A stretch of 64,000 nt of DNA, taken from Diplonema japonicum. Lineage: Eukaryota; Protista; Euglenozoa: Diplonemea. Location of the stretch: contig OZ025696.1 in NCBI GenBank assembly GCA_964019335.1, positions 310,001-374,000 on the forward strand, written 5' to 3'. Within the stretch, counting starts at the first letter, position 1. The number at the start of each line of letters is the position of its first letter. Below the pieces are notes generated by a model. That model was not told where the DNA came from and made no database searches. It saw nothing but the letters and a program-made list of their open reading frames with translations. This document shows positions 1 to 10,275 of the stretch, one piece after another. The translations under genes were made by a program, and so were the position numbers.

Positions 1-174
1 ACTTCCCGGGCCGCCCAGTATGAATATTATATGGGGCCGCTTTGCTTCTGCTGTGACACCTCCTTTGACAGCTTGGAGACGGTTAATGAGGAAATCGACA
101 GGGTGGTTGGGCTTGACTTGAACCAGCTCTGCCGTGAGGACTTCTATGAGATCGTGCACTTTGTGGTCCACTAA
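1..174 (+). CDS. 3' end of an unknown protein (partial, cut by window start)
   Basis: Frame 1 is open from base 1 (TSRAAQYEYYMGPLCFCCDTSFDSLETVNEEIDRVVGLDLNQLCREDFYEIVHFVVH) to TAA at 172-174, followed by T-rich non-coding sequence. Confidence 0.55.
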   Translation, partial: TSRAAQYEYYMGPLCFCCDTSFDSLETVNEEIDRVVGLDLNQLCREDFYEIVHFVVH

Positions 175-305
175 GAATTCTTGAGCGGAGTTCAGTTTTC
201 TTATTTTTTCATCCATTTTTTTGTGTTTTTTTTTTTTTTTTTCCCCTTTAAAAAAAAAAAAAAAGGTTTTGCGGGATGAATTAGTAAAATACTAAATATA
301 AGGGG

Positions 306-537
306 CTACACACTGTCCCCTTCCATCACCAACCCGTTCAATGGGCTTGCGCCCTTTACCTTGACGCGGTGCTTGGTGAAGAGGACTTCTCCGTTTCGGT
401 TTACGTCTATCCGGCGTTCTTTGCTTTCGAATGCGCTGCCGTGCCGGCCTTTCTTCTTGAGGTGTAAGTGGAGGTCCAGTCCCCCAAGCCGCCCGCCCTT
501 GAGATCTAGCATTGGGACGAGACTTGGTGTAAACATT
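306..537 (-). CDS. Small hypothetical basic protein
   Basis: ORF 306-578, likely ATG at MFTPSLV. GC-richer than its flanks and on the cluster strand. No recognisable motif. Confidence 0.3.
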
Positions 538-726
538 TTTCTCTTCTCCCTATCATATATTAAGGTAAACAAAGACAAAACCGCAATTTTTCTGATTGGG
601 GATAAAAAAAAAAAAAAAGAAATCGGAGGCTAACAGCCCGTGTCACAACTACTTTTTTTCTTTTTTTTTTTTTTTTACAACGTTAGTAAAAGGGGGAGCG
701 AAAGCCTGGGGCAATTAGTTATGTTC

Positions 727-1311
727 TCACCAACACCCTTCTTGATTGATTTTGATGACCTTGTCCATCTGGGCACCTTTAGAAGAGAGGTAGCCCGACC
801 ACCTGGCGTAAAGTTCAGCAGGAAACTGAGGAGTGGAAGAGAAAAAATAAATGAAATCATCTTTCTCTTCCGGAAGCGTCTGCACACACGCGTACACCAG
901 CGTGAAGTTGTAGTTCTGGTCCTGGTCAAGGACCCAGTAAGCTGTTGCATCGTTGCCAATTACAGCTTCAGTCATCTTGCCCGCCTCCGAGGCGTTGCGG
1001 TTGGGGAACAGAGTGGAGTTGAACATAGTGATGTGGGGGTTCTTCGGGGACTCCTTCCTGCAGTTGAAGACGTCACTGTATGTACCGTCGTTGTTGGGCG
1101 TCTGGTGGTACCTCACACAGTTGCAGCCGGTGGTTGCAACAGGGATGTCATGCGAGTGCATCTCGTACCAGTTTGGGACCGCCTCGAACGCCTTCATGTC
1201 AAACATACTCATTGTCGTGTGGTTCGCGATGTCCCAGTACCCAGGACACTTCGCACCCGACGCAACACCCGCCAAGGCCAGTACCGTGAGAAGGCTTTTG
1301 TGTATCGACAT
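727..1311 (-). CDS. Secreted lipocalin (ApoD-like)
   Basis: Signal peptide; SCR1-like 'NWYEM', SCR2 'YWVLDQDQNY', SCR3-like 'YFFSSTP'; N- and C-terminal Cys as in ApoD-type lipocalins; 194 aa. Confidence 0.8.
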   Translation of the reverse strand: MSIHKSLLTVLALAGVASGAKCPGYWDIANHTTMSMFDMKAFEAVPNWYEMHSHDIPVATTGCNCVRYHQTPNNDGTYSDVFNCRKESPKNPHITMFNSTLFPNRNASEAGKMTEAVIGNDATAYWVLDQDQNYNFTLVYACVQTLPEEKDDFIYFFSSTPQFPAELYARWSGYLSSKGAQMDKVIKINQEGCW

Positions 1312-1381
1312 GTTTCTTCTTTTTTTTTCTTTCTCTTGAAGGACCTTGTACCGAAAACCTGGGGGGGGGGGGGGAATAAAT

Positions 1382-2050
1382 TCACGGTACGGTGAACCTC
1401 AAATCGATGCTCCTTCTGCTGTTTTCAAACCCCTCGTCCCCCAGTCCCGGCGACCCTGAGCAGTGGTAGGTTCTATGCGAATCGAATACTATGAAGCAGC
1501 TGTCGTCCATGCCCGGAAGGTAGCACCACACATGCTCCGCTGAATGAAGCAGCGCAGTCTTGTCCGCGGCAGGGTGGAGTCCTGGGAATGTGTCGGGGGT
1601 GATGTCAGTGGTGGTGACTGGCGGAAGAAACACAAGGGAGTTAACCGGTCCAGGGGGGCACGTCTTCGGCAGCCATATATTTAAAAACGTAGGATTCTCG
1701 AACTTCGATGCTTCAGTAAGATTGTGCACTGCTGCCTCGTCTAGGTCTCGGTGGGCCATTGTCCCGTATGCCGCGCTTCCTTGCGAAGGGTGTCTTGTTA
1801 TCAGCGATCGGTACTCCGACGGGCCGAGGTTCAGGGCTTCCTTCACGACGCTCCAGAGCTCGTGTGGATCGCCGCCCCTATCCCACCACGCCTTGATCCG
1901 TGTGTCGTTCCGCACAGCGGCAAAACCTTTTCTTTTTGCTTCTCTCACCGCCTCACCAGCGGTCACCACTGTGTCTACCTCCACCTCCCGCGTCTTCACG
2001 TTGAAGCTCCCGTTGCTGTACACCACGGATGCTAGGCTGCGGGTTTGCAT
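1382..2050 (-). CDS. AsaB/CmcJ/NvfI-like Fe(II)/2-oxoglutarate oxygenase
   Basis: Motifs in family order: AHRD (HxD), FLNIWLP, WCYLPGM, IVFDS, YHCS, C-terminal RRSIDLR (RxSxExR). ATG at 2050 (MQTR); the upstream part of the ORF is poly-A/T read-through. Confidence 0.7.
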   Translation of the reverse strand: MQTRSLASVVYSNGSFNVKTREVEVDTVVTAGEAVREAKRKGFAAVRNDTRIKAWWDRGGDPHELWSVVKEALNLGPSEYRSLITRHPSQGSAAYGTMAHRDLDEAAVHNLTEASKFENPTFLNIWLPKTCPPGPVNSLVFLPPVTTTDITPDTFPGLHPAADKTALLHSAEHVWCYLPGMDDSCFIVFDSHRTYHCSGSPGLGDEGFENSRRSIDLRFTVP

Positions 2051-2163
2051 GGTTCCTCTTCGTTTTTCTTTTATAACCCGTATAGAAAAAAAAAAAGAAA
2101 AAAAAAAAGAGAGATGGGGGATATTATAGAATAAGTTTTTTTTTTTCCCCTCCTTTCCATTCT

Positions 2164-3777
2164 TTAGGCAGAGAAGCAAACGTCGACAGCTGTGGCAGTA
2201 CCGTTTGAGATCAAACCTAGAATGGTGGGCGCGTCTGTGTGTTGAGGCGAGCCGCAGGAGCCCACGCGGGCAGTGAAGCCGCGTGATAGAAGATTTGCGA
2301 TGAATTGCTGCGGGCCCCCATCCATGCCGACAGAGATCTGCGCAAAGATCCCGTCAGTATGTACTGGATAGAGCGTGCCCGGGGAGGAGCGAAGCAACTG
2401 GTCCTGTAAGGTCCATTGCTTATAAACGAGGAACCGTTTGACGCCTTTTTTCGGAGGGAATAGAATGTCGAATCCCGCCTCCGCGACAGGCGTTGTGACT
2501 AAGTTGGGGGACAGCGAGCTCATCTGTTCAACCTCTACCTCCGTCCACGGATTGTGTCGGCACAGAACATCGTAAACATTGCTGTCCTGCGTGGAAAGTA
2601 AACAATTTCTGTTCGTTGTTGCAACTATCGACCGCTTGAACCTTACGCGTGAGGACAACGTTGGGTTGAAGCATTTCGTGAGCATGACAAGTTTTTCGGA
2701 CTCGATTTTGCTATCGACGACGGTGGAGAAACCCCCCGATGCAGCATGGGTGAACGATGAAGCACCCACACCACCCGTGTCGATTTCGATTAACTCATTG
2801 CCCTCCGACGTCGTGACAACCTCCCCGATAGCTCGTGCACGGTGCACCGCTATCTTAATCCCAGACTCCAATACATACACGTCATATCTCATCTCTTTAG
2901 GAACGGTGGATATCTCCCTCCCGCATCTTAGCCCTTCATCCACCGTCGGTTTCGTCAGAAATCTTTTGTTAGGAATCAGCACTTTTGACACCCCGCATAG
3001 GAACCCCGTGCGTGTTGTTGATTCCAGACCGAAGCACGACCCTTTACGAAAACGATATGCATCATTGGAGAAAAATGTCCTGTCGTTCAAATTCGAGAAA
3101 AGGACAATGCCGGGAGACATGGTGTGCAACACTTCATATGGCGTCCTTAAGACAAGCGGGTTCACGCCGTTTAGGTTCTGCGTCCCGGCGGGGAGCAGCG
3201 TGATATGCAGAGTGGGGTTCAAACAAGCCACCAAACGAGACCCCGGACTGTCTGTGAGAAAAACCCGAAGTCCTATGGACGCAGCGTACACCGCCCACAA
3301 GAAAGATTCAAACGAAGGTTCCACCGTCAGGTCGGCATGGACCGCGTGGTATATTCTTTTCCCCGATCTCCCGGCGGACCTTCTGGCGAACTCATACGTT
3401 GTTGTTAATTTGAATAGGGCGGCCTCTGTCGGTGGGGCTGTTCCCGGGAATTTTCCGATTTTCACACCGTCGACCATGCTTGCTGTTCTTCCCGTGCACA
3501 GCCGGCCTTCTACAGAGCTGAAACCCCTCACGACAAAATCTTGCACAGTCACCTCACCGACAGCACTGCCTCCGTTATCCTCAACGGGAATTTCAAGCAC
3601 ATTCTCACTTCCCCTAGCAGGCTCAAAAAACGGTGTTGGGACTGGAATCAATACAGCCTCCGCATCTGCGCTCACTGATATCGGGGCAGAGGGGCTCTTT
3701 GCGCTTTGCAGTGTGGTCAACGATATCACAAGGAGGGTCAGAAGGGACACGACAGCTGTTTTTATGTTTCGTTTCAT
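2164..3777 (-). CDS. Type II membrane protein, C-terminal half weakly FkbM-methyltransferase-like
   Basis: 537 aa; basic N-terminus, single TM helix and Pro/Ser stem (Golgi-enzyme layout); 'LIEIDTGGVGASSFTHAASGG' resembles a degenerate SAM-binding motif. Confidence 0.5.
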   Translation of the reverse strand: MKRNIKTAVVSLLTLLVISLTTLQSAKSPSAPISVSADAEAVLIPVPTPFFEPARGSENVLEIPVEDNGGSAVGEVTVQDFVVRGFSSVEGRLCTGRTASMVDGVKIGKFPGTAPPTEAALFKLTTTYEFARRSAGRSGKRIYHAVHADLTVEPSFESFLWAVYAASIGLRVFLTDSPGSRLVACLNPTLHITLLPAGTQNLNGVNPLVLRTPYEVLHTMSPGIVLFSNLNDRTFFSNDAYRFRKGSCFGLESTTRTGFLCGVSKVLIPNKRFLTKPTVDEGLRCGREISTVPKEMRYDVYVLESGIKIAVHRARAIGEVVTTSEGNELIEIDTGGVGASSFTHAASGGFSTVVDSKIESEKLVMLTKCFNPTLSSRVRFKRSIVATTNRNCLLSTQDSNVYDVLCRHNPWTEVEVEQMSSLSPNLVTTPVAEAGFDILFPPKKGVKRFLVYKQWTLQDQLLRSSPGTLYPVHTDGIFAQISVGMDGGPQQFIANLLSRGFTARVGSCGSPQHTDAPTILGLISNGTATAVDVCFSA

Positions 3778-3919
3778 GTTCGGGGGTGGGGTACTTGGAG
3801 GGTTCTTTTTTGCTACAATAGCGCAAAAGCTGAATAAAGTTCAAAAAAACTAAATGTTTTTTGCTTTAACCATTACTTTTTAGGCAGCATACTGGAAAGT
3901 ATGACCACCCTGCCTTCCA

Positions 3920-5626
3920 TCACAACACAGTGGTGGGACAAGGAACCTCCTTCACAATCGCCTCCTTCAAAGACAACACAGCTGCCTGTACAGAGTGACG
4001 ATGATGACCATTGTGCAGTGGGATGTCCGCAGCCTTCAGTGCCCCTTCCCGCTCCCCATCCAGATACATCACACCTGCCGCATTGTACCTCTCCCATGCA
4101 TCCTCAGACACCTGGTACAGCCACTCTGTGTCGTGCTGGCTGAGCTTCATCTCAGGAAGGCGAAGAACCTCAAACACACGAAGGGGTGTGTCCCTGCCCC
4201 GAACAGTGACCTCAGAAAGGACGAGTTTTGCTTCATAAACGAACGCAAGCTCATTCCTCACAGACAGGTCACACGTCACCCCATGGCCGCAGTGCCTGCC
4301 GTACCTCTCCAGCAGTGTCGCTGTCACTGCCACCTGCCCAACGACCCCGAACAGCTTCAGCTCATTGTTCCCAATGGGGCCGCAGTGCGCACTCCCACTC
4401 GCCAGAGAAGACGACACACGAAGCCTCCCGTCCACTTCCATCAGTGCATCGGCCGCCTTCCGCCCATGACTCACACACCTCTTCGCTGCATTGAAGGAGG
4501 CATGTGCATGATCCCCGACCACAACTCCCACAACACCACCGTTTGTTTTCACAGCCTGCAGCACAGTCGCCATGAAGTCCCTGTATGTCTGGGTGAAGGA
4601 ATCAATGTTGTTTTCCACAGCGGTGTGAGACTCGAGCATGTTCGTCACTGTGTATGTCACAGCCTTCTTGAAGCTAATGTTGTCGTTGAGCGCTGTGATC
4701 GACCTCCGACCAGATAGTTGACTGCGGCCCTCGAACGGTACAACCCTAGGTGAACTGATGTTTTCATCACTTTTGGTACTGCTGTCACTAGCATTTTCAC
4801 TGTTTTCACTGCTATTATCACAACCAAGCTGAAAACAGGACTGCGGGAGGTAAGGGCGATAGACATGGAGGTTTGCAAGGATGCTGTCGAAGGCACTGTG
4901 CAGAGGGGGTGGGAGGGGGGTGTCGGAGAGGGTTGAAGCCGCCGCTTCAAGGTCGAACTTGGAGAGGTACTCTGCAGTCCGTTCAGAAGCGGTGATCACG
5001 TTCTGCATCGATTGGCGCTCCTTCTGAAGATCCCTGGCAAAGCCACGCGTGAAGTAGTAGTCAAGTAGGAAGAGGGCGATTGACGAGATGAAGGAGTCGA
5101 AGGCGATAACAGGACTCCGAGGGCACGGGTTGGCTGTTTCACAATTGCACGGTTCTGCCCTGTCTTCTTGAGGTATCGATGGGAAATGCGCCTCAATGAG
5201 GCCGAAACGAAGCCATACCTCGATACTTGAAAGAGACAGCCAGGCCATGCCCATGATGATGAGGTTCCTGTTAACACGCGGCTGTAGGTTGAATACCAGC
5301 GCGACGTCGAGAAGGACGATAATGCCAGGCCACATGCGACCATTCACTGTAGCGATCGCTACTAGATCATAAGAAAAGACTGCCGGAGCTGCAGCGTACA
5401 GCAAGCATTCCACAGACATGTACCGAATCTTCCTCTCTATGAGCAGCTGTGCTGATATGACTACGGAGTAACACGCTGCTGCCAAGGCAAAGATATTAAG
5501 TGGCATTACTGTAAAAGAGATGAGATATACGAAGTGCACACAAAGCATTGTCAGCAACACCTTCTTCCTGAACACTACGAGCGGGTTATCCTCCGGCAAC
5601 AGCACCCTTCGCAGCACGCAAGACAT
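3920..5626 (-). CDS. Multi-TM receptor-type class III nucleotidyl cyclase-like protein (degenerate active site), copy A
   Basis: About 6 N-terminal TM helices, Cys-rich loop, coiled coil, then cyclase motifs 'GVVGVVVGD..HASFN' and 'SGSAHCGPIG...FGVVG'. ATG at 5626 (MSCVL). Confidence 0.75.
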   Translation of the reverse strand: MSCVLRRVLLPEDNPLVVFRKKVLLTMLCVHFVYLISFTVMPLNIFALAAACYSVVISAQLLIERKIRYMSVECLLYAAAPAVFSYDLVAIATVNGRMWPGIIVLLDVALVFNLQPRVNRNLIIMGMAWLSLSSIEVWLRFGLIEAHFPSIPQEDRAEPCNCETANPCPRSPVIAFDSFISSIALFLLDYYFTRGFARDLQKERQSMQNVITASERTAEYLSKFDLEAAASTLSDTPLPPPLHSAFDSILANLHVYRPYLPQSCFQLGCDNSSENSENASDSSTKSDENISSPRVVPFEGRSQLSGRRSITALNDNISFKKAVTYTVTNMLESHTAVENNIDSFTQTYRDFMATVLQAVKTNGGVVGVVVGDHAHASFNAAKRCVSHGRKAADALMEVDGRLRVSSSLASGSAHCGPIGNNELKLFGVVGQVAVTATLLERYGRHCGHGVTCDLSVRNELAFVYEAKLVLSEVTVRGRDTPLRVFEVLRLPEMKLSQHDTEWLYQVSEDAWERYNAAGVMYLDGEREGALKAADIPLHNGHHRHSVQAAVLSLKEAIVKEVPCPTTVL

Positions 5627-5741
5627 TTCAGTATCAGGGTACTGTCGCTTATTGAGTGGTAAGCTGGTTGATTGTAAACAAAAAGAAATCAAAAAAACAT
5701 TAACTTAATTTAAGGCAGCACTGGAAAGCATCTGCCTTCCA

Positions 5742-7445
5742 TCACAACACAGTGGTGGGACAAGGAACCTCCTTCACAATCGCCTCCTTCAAAGACAACA
5801 CAGCTGCCTGTACAGAGTGACGATGATGACCATTGTGCAGTGGGATGTCCGCAGCCTTCAGTGCCCCTTCCCACTCCCCATCCAGATACATCACACCTGC
5901 CGCATTGTACCTCTCCCATGCATCCTCAGACACCTGGTACAGCCACTCTGTGTCGTGCTGGCTGAGCTTCATCTCAGGAAGGCGAAGAACCTCAAACACA
6001 CGAAGGGGTGTGTCCCTGCCCCGAACAGTGACCTCAGAAAGGACGAGTTTTGCCTCATAAACGAACGCAAGTTCATTCCTCACAGACAGGTCACACGTCA
6101 CCCCATGGCCGCAGTGCCTGCCGTACCTCTCCAGCAGTGTCGCTGTCACTGCCACCTGCCCAACGATCCCGAACAGCTTCAGCTCACTGTTCCCAATGGG
6201 GCCGCAGTGCGCACTCCCACTCGCCAGAGAAGACGACACACGAAGCCTCCCGTCCACTTCCATCAGTGCATCGGCCGCCTTCCGCCCATGACTCACACAC
6301 CTCTTCGCTGCATTGAAGGAGGCATGTGCATGATCCCCGACCACAACTCCCACAACACCACCGTTTGTTTTCACAGCCTGCAGCACAGTCGTCATGAAGT
6401 CCCTGTATGTCTGGGTGAAGGAATCAATGTTGTTTTCCACAGCCGTGTGAGACTCGAGCATGTTCGTCACTGTGTATGTCACAGCCTTCTTGAAGTTGAG
6501 GTGCTCAAGCAAACTGTAATTCTGTACCTCTTCCAACGACAGGCTGTTGTCTGTCTCGGGCAGGCTGCGGTCACAGGTGTGCCGATCCGAACTCTTCTGT
6601 GAGCCATCCTCACTGCCTGTGCTCTCATCACAACCAAGCTGAAAACAGGACTGCGGGAGGTAAGGGCGATAGACATGGAGGTTTGCAAGGATGCTGTCGA
6701 AGGCACTGTGCAGAGGGGGTGGGAGGGGGGTGTCGGAGAGGGTTGAAGCCGCCGCTTCAAGGTCGAACTTGGAGAGGTACTCTGCAGTCCGTTCAGAAGC
6801 GGTGATCACGTTCTGCATCGATTGGCGCTCCTTCTGAAGATCCGTGGCAAAGCCACGCGTGAAGTAGAAGTCAAGGAGAAACACACCCATCTGGACCGAA
6901 TAACTCTCCACGACGTTGAGTACCTTCTTTGGGCAGGGTGGGTCTGCACAGCTACAAGATTCCAATTTATCTTCTTGACTTACTGGCGGGTACCGTGCAT
7001 TGATGAGGCCGAAGCGAAGCCATTCTTCGACATTTGTGACAGCAAGCCAGATGATGACTGTGATAATGAGGTTCCTGTTCACGTGCGAAGGGACCCTGCA
7101 CAAAAGTGCGATGTCTACAACTACAACCAAAACAGGCCACTGGCGGTCTTCATTCTTTGCAATGGAAAGTAAGTCAGAGTGGAGCATCATCAGCACAAAA
7201 GCGTAAATCGTGACCTCTACGATCCCGTACCGTATCCTCTTCTCGGCTAAAAGTTGGACCAGCAGACATACACTTGCCCACAACGCAGGGCTCAATACGA
7301 AATATGGGTTTTTACTTACACTTGTGATGCAAAAGATAATGTGGACAAAAATATTTACATGGCACAGGGTCAACAGCGCCTTTTTCCTGAACACTACGGC
7401 CTTGTCATCATCAGGCTGCTGGACCCAACTAATCAGGAATGTCAT
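5742..7445 (-). CDS. Receptor-type cyclase-like protein, copy B
   Basis: Tandem paralogue of copy A; cyclase domain nearly identical, TM region strongly diverged. Confidence 0.75.
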   Translation of the reverse strand: MTFLISWVQQPDDDKAVVFRKKALLTLCHVNIFVHIIFCITSVSKNPYFVLSPALWASVCLLVQLLAEKRIRYGIVEVTIYAFVLMMLHSDLLSIAKNEDRQWPVLVVVVDIALLCRVPSHVNRNLIITVIIWLAVTNVEEWLRFGLINARYPPVSQEDKLESCSCADPPCPKKVLNVVESYSVQMGVFLLDFYFTRGFATDLQKERQSMQNVITASERTAEYLSKFDLEAAASTLSDTPLPPPLHSAFDSILANLHVYRPYLPQSCFQLGCDESTGSEDGSQKSSDRHTCDRSLPETDNSLSLEEVQNYSLLEHLNFKKAVTYTVTNMLESHTAVENNIDSFTQTYRDFMTTVLQAVKTNGGVVGVVVGDHAHASFNAAKRCVSHGRKAADALMEVDGRLRVSSSLASGSAHCGPIGNSELKLFGIVGQVAVTATLLERYGRHCGHGVTCDLSVRNELAFVYEAKLVLSEVTVRGRDTPLRVFEVLRLPEMKLSQHDTEWLYQVSEDAWERYNAAGVMYLDGEWEGALKAADIPLHNGHHRHSVQAAVLSLKEAIVKEVPCPTTVL

Positions 7446-7497
7446 ATTACAGTTTCTTTTCCCTTGTTATTTTATTCTACCCCCCCCCCCCCCCCCC

Positions 7498-8318
7498 TTG
7501 GGCTATGCTGGCATGGAAACGCGTTTCCATGCATTTTTTGAAAAAAAAGGGAAACGGAAACGGCAACGTTTCCCTATTTTGGGGCCGTTTCCTTGGGGCA
7601 GAAACGTTTCCTTATTTTGGGGGTTTTAGAGACTTATTTTTTTGGGGGCAAATCACTCGGAAGAAATATACGAGACAAAGGGGGCCAGTGTTGGTGGCGC
7701 CCTGGGGAAATCTTCTGGGTTTCGATGAAGGATGCGATTGTGGCATCCATTTTTTGAACAGCGTCGTCAACCAGCCTTCCGCTCAGAGCTTTCCTGTCCG
7801 GTAGCTCGTACGTGGCCCCGAGCGGAAGGCGCTTCACCTTCTGCCTCAGCCTTCGCCTCCGCTGTCGCTTTCTCCAACAGCCTCTTGTGGGGCTCCACAC
7901 TATCCCCTTTGGGGACACACGTCGCTACTCCTTGGCCTTTTGTTTGGAACATGTGGGCGCGGAGTCTGCTGGTTGACGCTACTGTGAAGACCATATCACA
8001 TATCACAGAAGCGACATTTTACTGTCTTCTTCCCATCCTCCGCCTGAACCTCCACCCCATCCCACAAAGCGCCTCCAGGGGGTGCTTTCTCTGGACCATG
8101 TTTACTTTCGTTTTTGTAGAGACCGACGTGCGCTTTCCTTGTAAAACCCCAAAAGTAAGTATCTTCAAAAACCCCAAATATATAAGGACCTTCTAAACAG
8201 TGTTTACCGAAATATACATAGCCGTTTCCATAACCATGGAAACGCGTTTCCATAAGAATTCTGAAAACATGGAAACGGAAACGGAAACGTTTCCACGTTT
8301 CCTGCCAGCATAGCCCTA
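7498..8318 (-). mobile_element. Internally deleted hAT DNA transposon (BED finger plus DUF659-type remnant)
   Basis: TIR GGGCTATGCTGGCA at 7500-7513 and 8303-8316, right end TAGGG (hAT-like); subterminal GGAAACG(CG)TTTCC palindromes. Minus-strand frames give ALWDGV..VKCRFCDMVF..RLRAHM..GVATC (zf-BED, broken by a 7-bp TATCACA duplication) and YELPDRKALSGRLVD. Confidence 0.75.
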
Positions 8319-8343
8319 GGGGGGGGTCATAAGGGGGTCGTTA

Positions 8344-8727
8344 TTTGCCCTTTTTCAGGCTCTTCGCCAAGGGCATTTTGGGCCCTTAAAAAAACTGTAA
8401 CCACCCCAAAAGTGCCCACAAATCACCCAAACCCCCGTTTCCCGATGTTTTCCGGCCCCAGAAGTGCCTAGAATCATGTTCTAATTTTGGGGCCCCCGTT
8501 TGGTACTTTCCCTATGTAATCCTAGGGAACATAAAATAGGGGCCCCTAGGATTACATAGGGAAAGTACCAAACGGGGGCCCCAAAATTAGAACATGATTC
8601 TAGGCACTTCTGGGGCCGGAAAACATCGGGAAACGGGGGTTTGGGTGATTTGTGGGCACTTTTGGGGTGGTTACAGTTTTTTTAAGGGCCCAAAATGCCC
8701 TTGGCGAAGTGCCTGAAAAAGGGCAAA
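8344..8727. repeat. Near-perfect long inverted repeat (foldback): 184-bp arms, 16-nt loop
   Basis: 8344-8527 is the reverse complement of 8544-8727 with one visible mismatch; outer ends GGGGGGGTCATA / TATGACCCCCC. Confidence 0.95.
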
Positions 8728-8780
8728 AAGTGGCCCTTTTTAAGGACCATATGACCCCCCCCCCCCCCCCCCCCCCCCCC

Positions 8781-8840
8781 CACGGCTATGCTGGCAGGGA
8801 AACGGAAACGTTTCCCCGTTTCTTGCAAGCATAGCCCATG
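8781..8840. mobile_element. Minimal 60-bp MITE of the same hAT family
   Basis: GGCTATGCTGGCA ... TGCAAGCATAGCCC enclosing one GGAAACGGAAACGTTTCC motif. Confidence 0.65.
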
Positions 8841-9127
8841 GGGTCACATAGTCCTTAAAAACGTTGATAAAAAAAAGGTTTTCTATGTGTTTTCGACCGC
8901 AATCAGGTTCACAGGCCCAAAGAAAACAACTTTTTGACCCTTTATTGTGGCCAGAAAGCAATCTTAAAAAATTGCCCGCATGTGGTTCCGGACAGGCATT
9001 TTTTACCCCTATGCACACAATTTTGAGCTTTTTTTTCATACACCCCACTTTTCAAACTACCAAGTTTCAACAAATGCCAAAGGGTCGTGTACATACCCCC
9101 AACCACCCCCAACACATTTCGCCCTCA

Positions 9128-10275
9128 AATATATATGAGTTAAAGGAAGTCTTTGTGAGACCGCCCCCTTGTTCTCATCTTCTACCCGCAGCTATCCCCG
9201 TTCAGCAGCGGTTTCTCTTTCTTTGGTGGTCATTCCGGCCTCCTCCCCAGCTTGGCTACTTTTCCCTTCTTTCTCTTGCCTATTGCATATGTACTCTCTT
9301 GCGTGGTTCAACAGGGGGGAAAAAAAAAAATATATATATATGAGTTAAAGGAAGTCTTTGTGAGACGCCCCCTTGTTCTCATCTTCTACCTGCACCTATC
9401 CCCCTTCAGCAGCGGTTTCTCCTTCTTCGGTGGTCGTGCCGGCCTCCTCCCCAGCTTGGAAAAAATAAGGAAACGTTTTCCGTCATATTTTCGAGACAAA
9501 AAAAAAAAAAAAAAAAAAAAAAAAGCTTGGAAACGCATGTCTTTGTACATAGCTCTGGGGGGGCAGGGTCGAAATAGGGGTACTCCGCAGCACGTTAAGC
9601 GGTGATCACGTTCTGCATCGATTGGCGCCCTGGCGAAAAAAGCTTCAAATGAGTCCTCAGCGAAGTCATTCCCATTCAGTGGTGGTGTATCGTAAAAAGA
9701 TTATACTGTTAACTAAATGAGGGGCACAAAGGATATTTTAGGTCGAACTTGAAGAGGTCGAGGGCATTGCATGGCTTTGCCTGTAGATTGAATACCATGT
9801 CATGACGCATAGTTCCATAAGATGCACACGCCCGTCCTTAAGGTGGTTCGCGACTTTTATCGTTTTTTTTTTTTTTTTTTTTTTTTGTGCCCTAAAGTGC
9901 TTTGAACTGGTGGGAGGTAGAAGGAAAAAAAAAAAAAAAAGAAGAAAAAAAGAACGAAGGAAAAAAAAAAAAAAGTTTTTTTCTCTTTTTTTTCCCCCCC
10001 CACTCCAGTGGGCGGGGGGGGGGGAGCTAGCTTTGGGTTTATTTTTTCTTTATTTTTGAAAAAAGATGGCTCTCTTTTTTCTCATTGGTTTACCTAAGTT
10101 AAAACAATCAAGAGAAAAAGAAGAAGAAAAAGTGGGAGAGCAGAGCGTTACGACCGCACTTGAATGTCTCTAAAGGGATGAAAAATAAAAAAGATATATA
10201 AATATATATGAATTAAAGGAAGTCTTTGTGAGACGCCCCCTTGTTCTCATCTTCTACTACTTGCACCTATCCCCA
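9128..10275. repeat. Dispersed short repeat family (copies at ~9130, ~9338, ~10205; also ~30455)
   Basis: ATATATGAGTTAAAGGAAGTCTTTGTGAGACGCCCCTTGTTCTCATCTTCTAC recurs; the first two copies extend about 125 bp. Confidence 0.8.
9597..9800 (-). pseudogene. Fragmentary remnants of a cyclase-like gene
   Basis: AAGCGGTGATCACGTTCTGCATCGATTGGCGC is identical to ~4987-5018; AGGTCGAACTTGAAGAGG and CTGTAGATTGAATACCA resemble ~4950 and ~5282. Confidence 0.55.
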
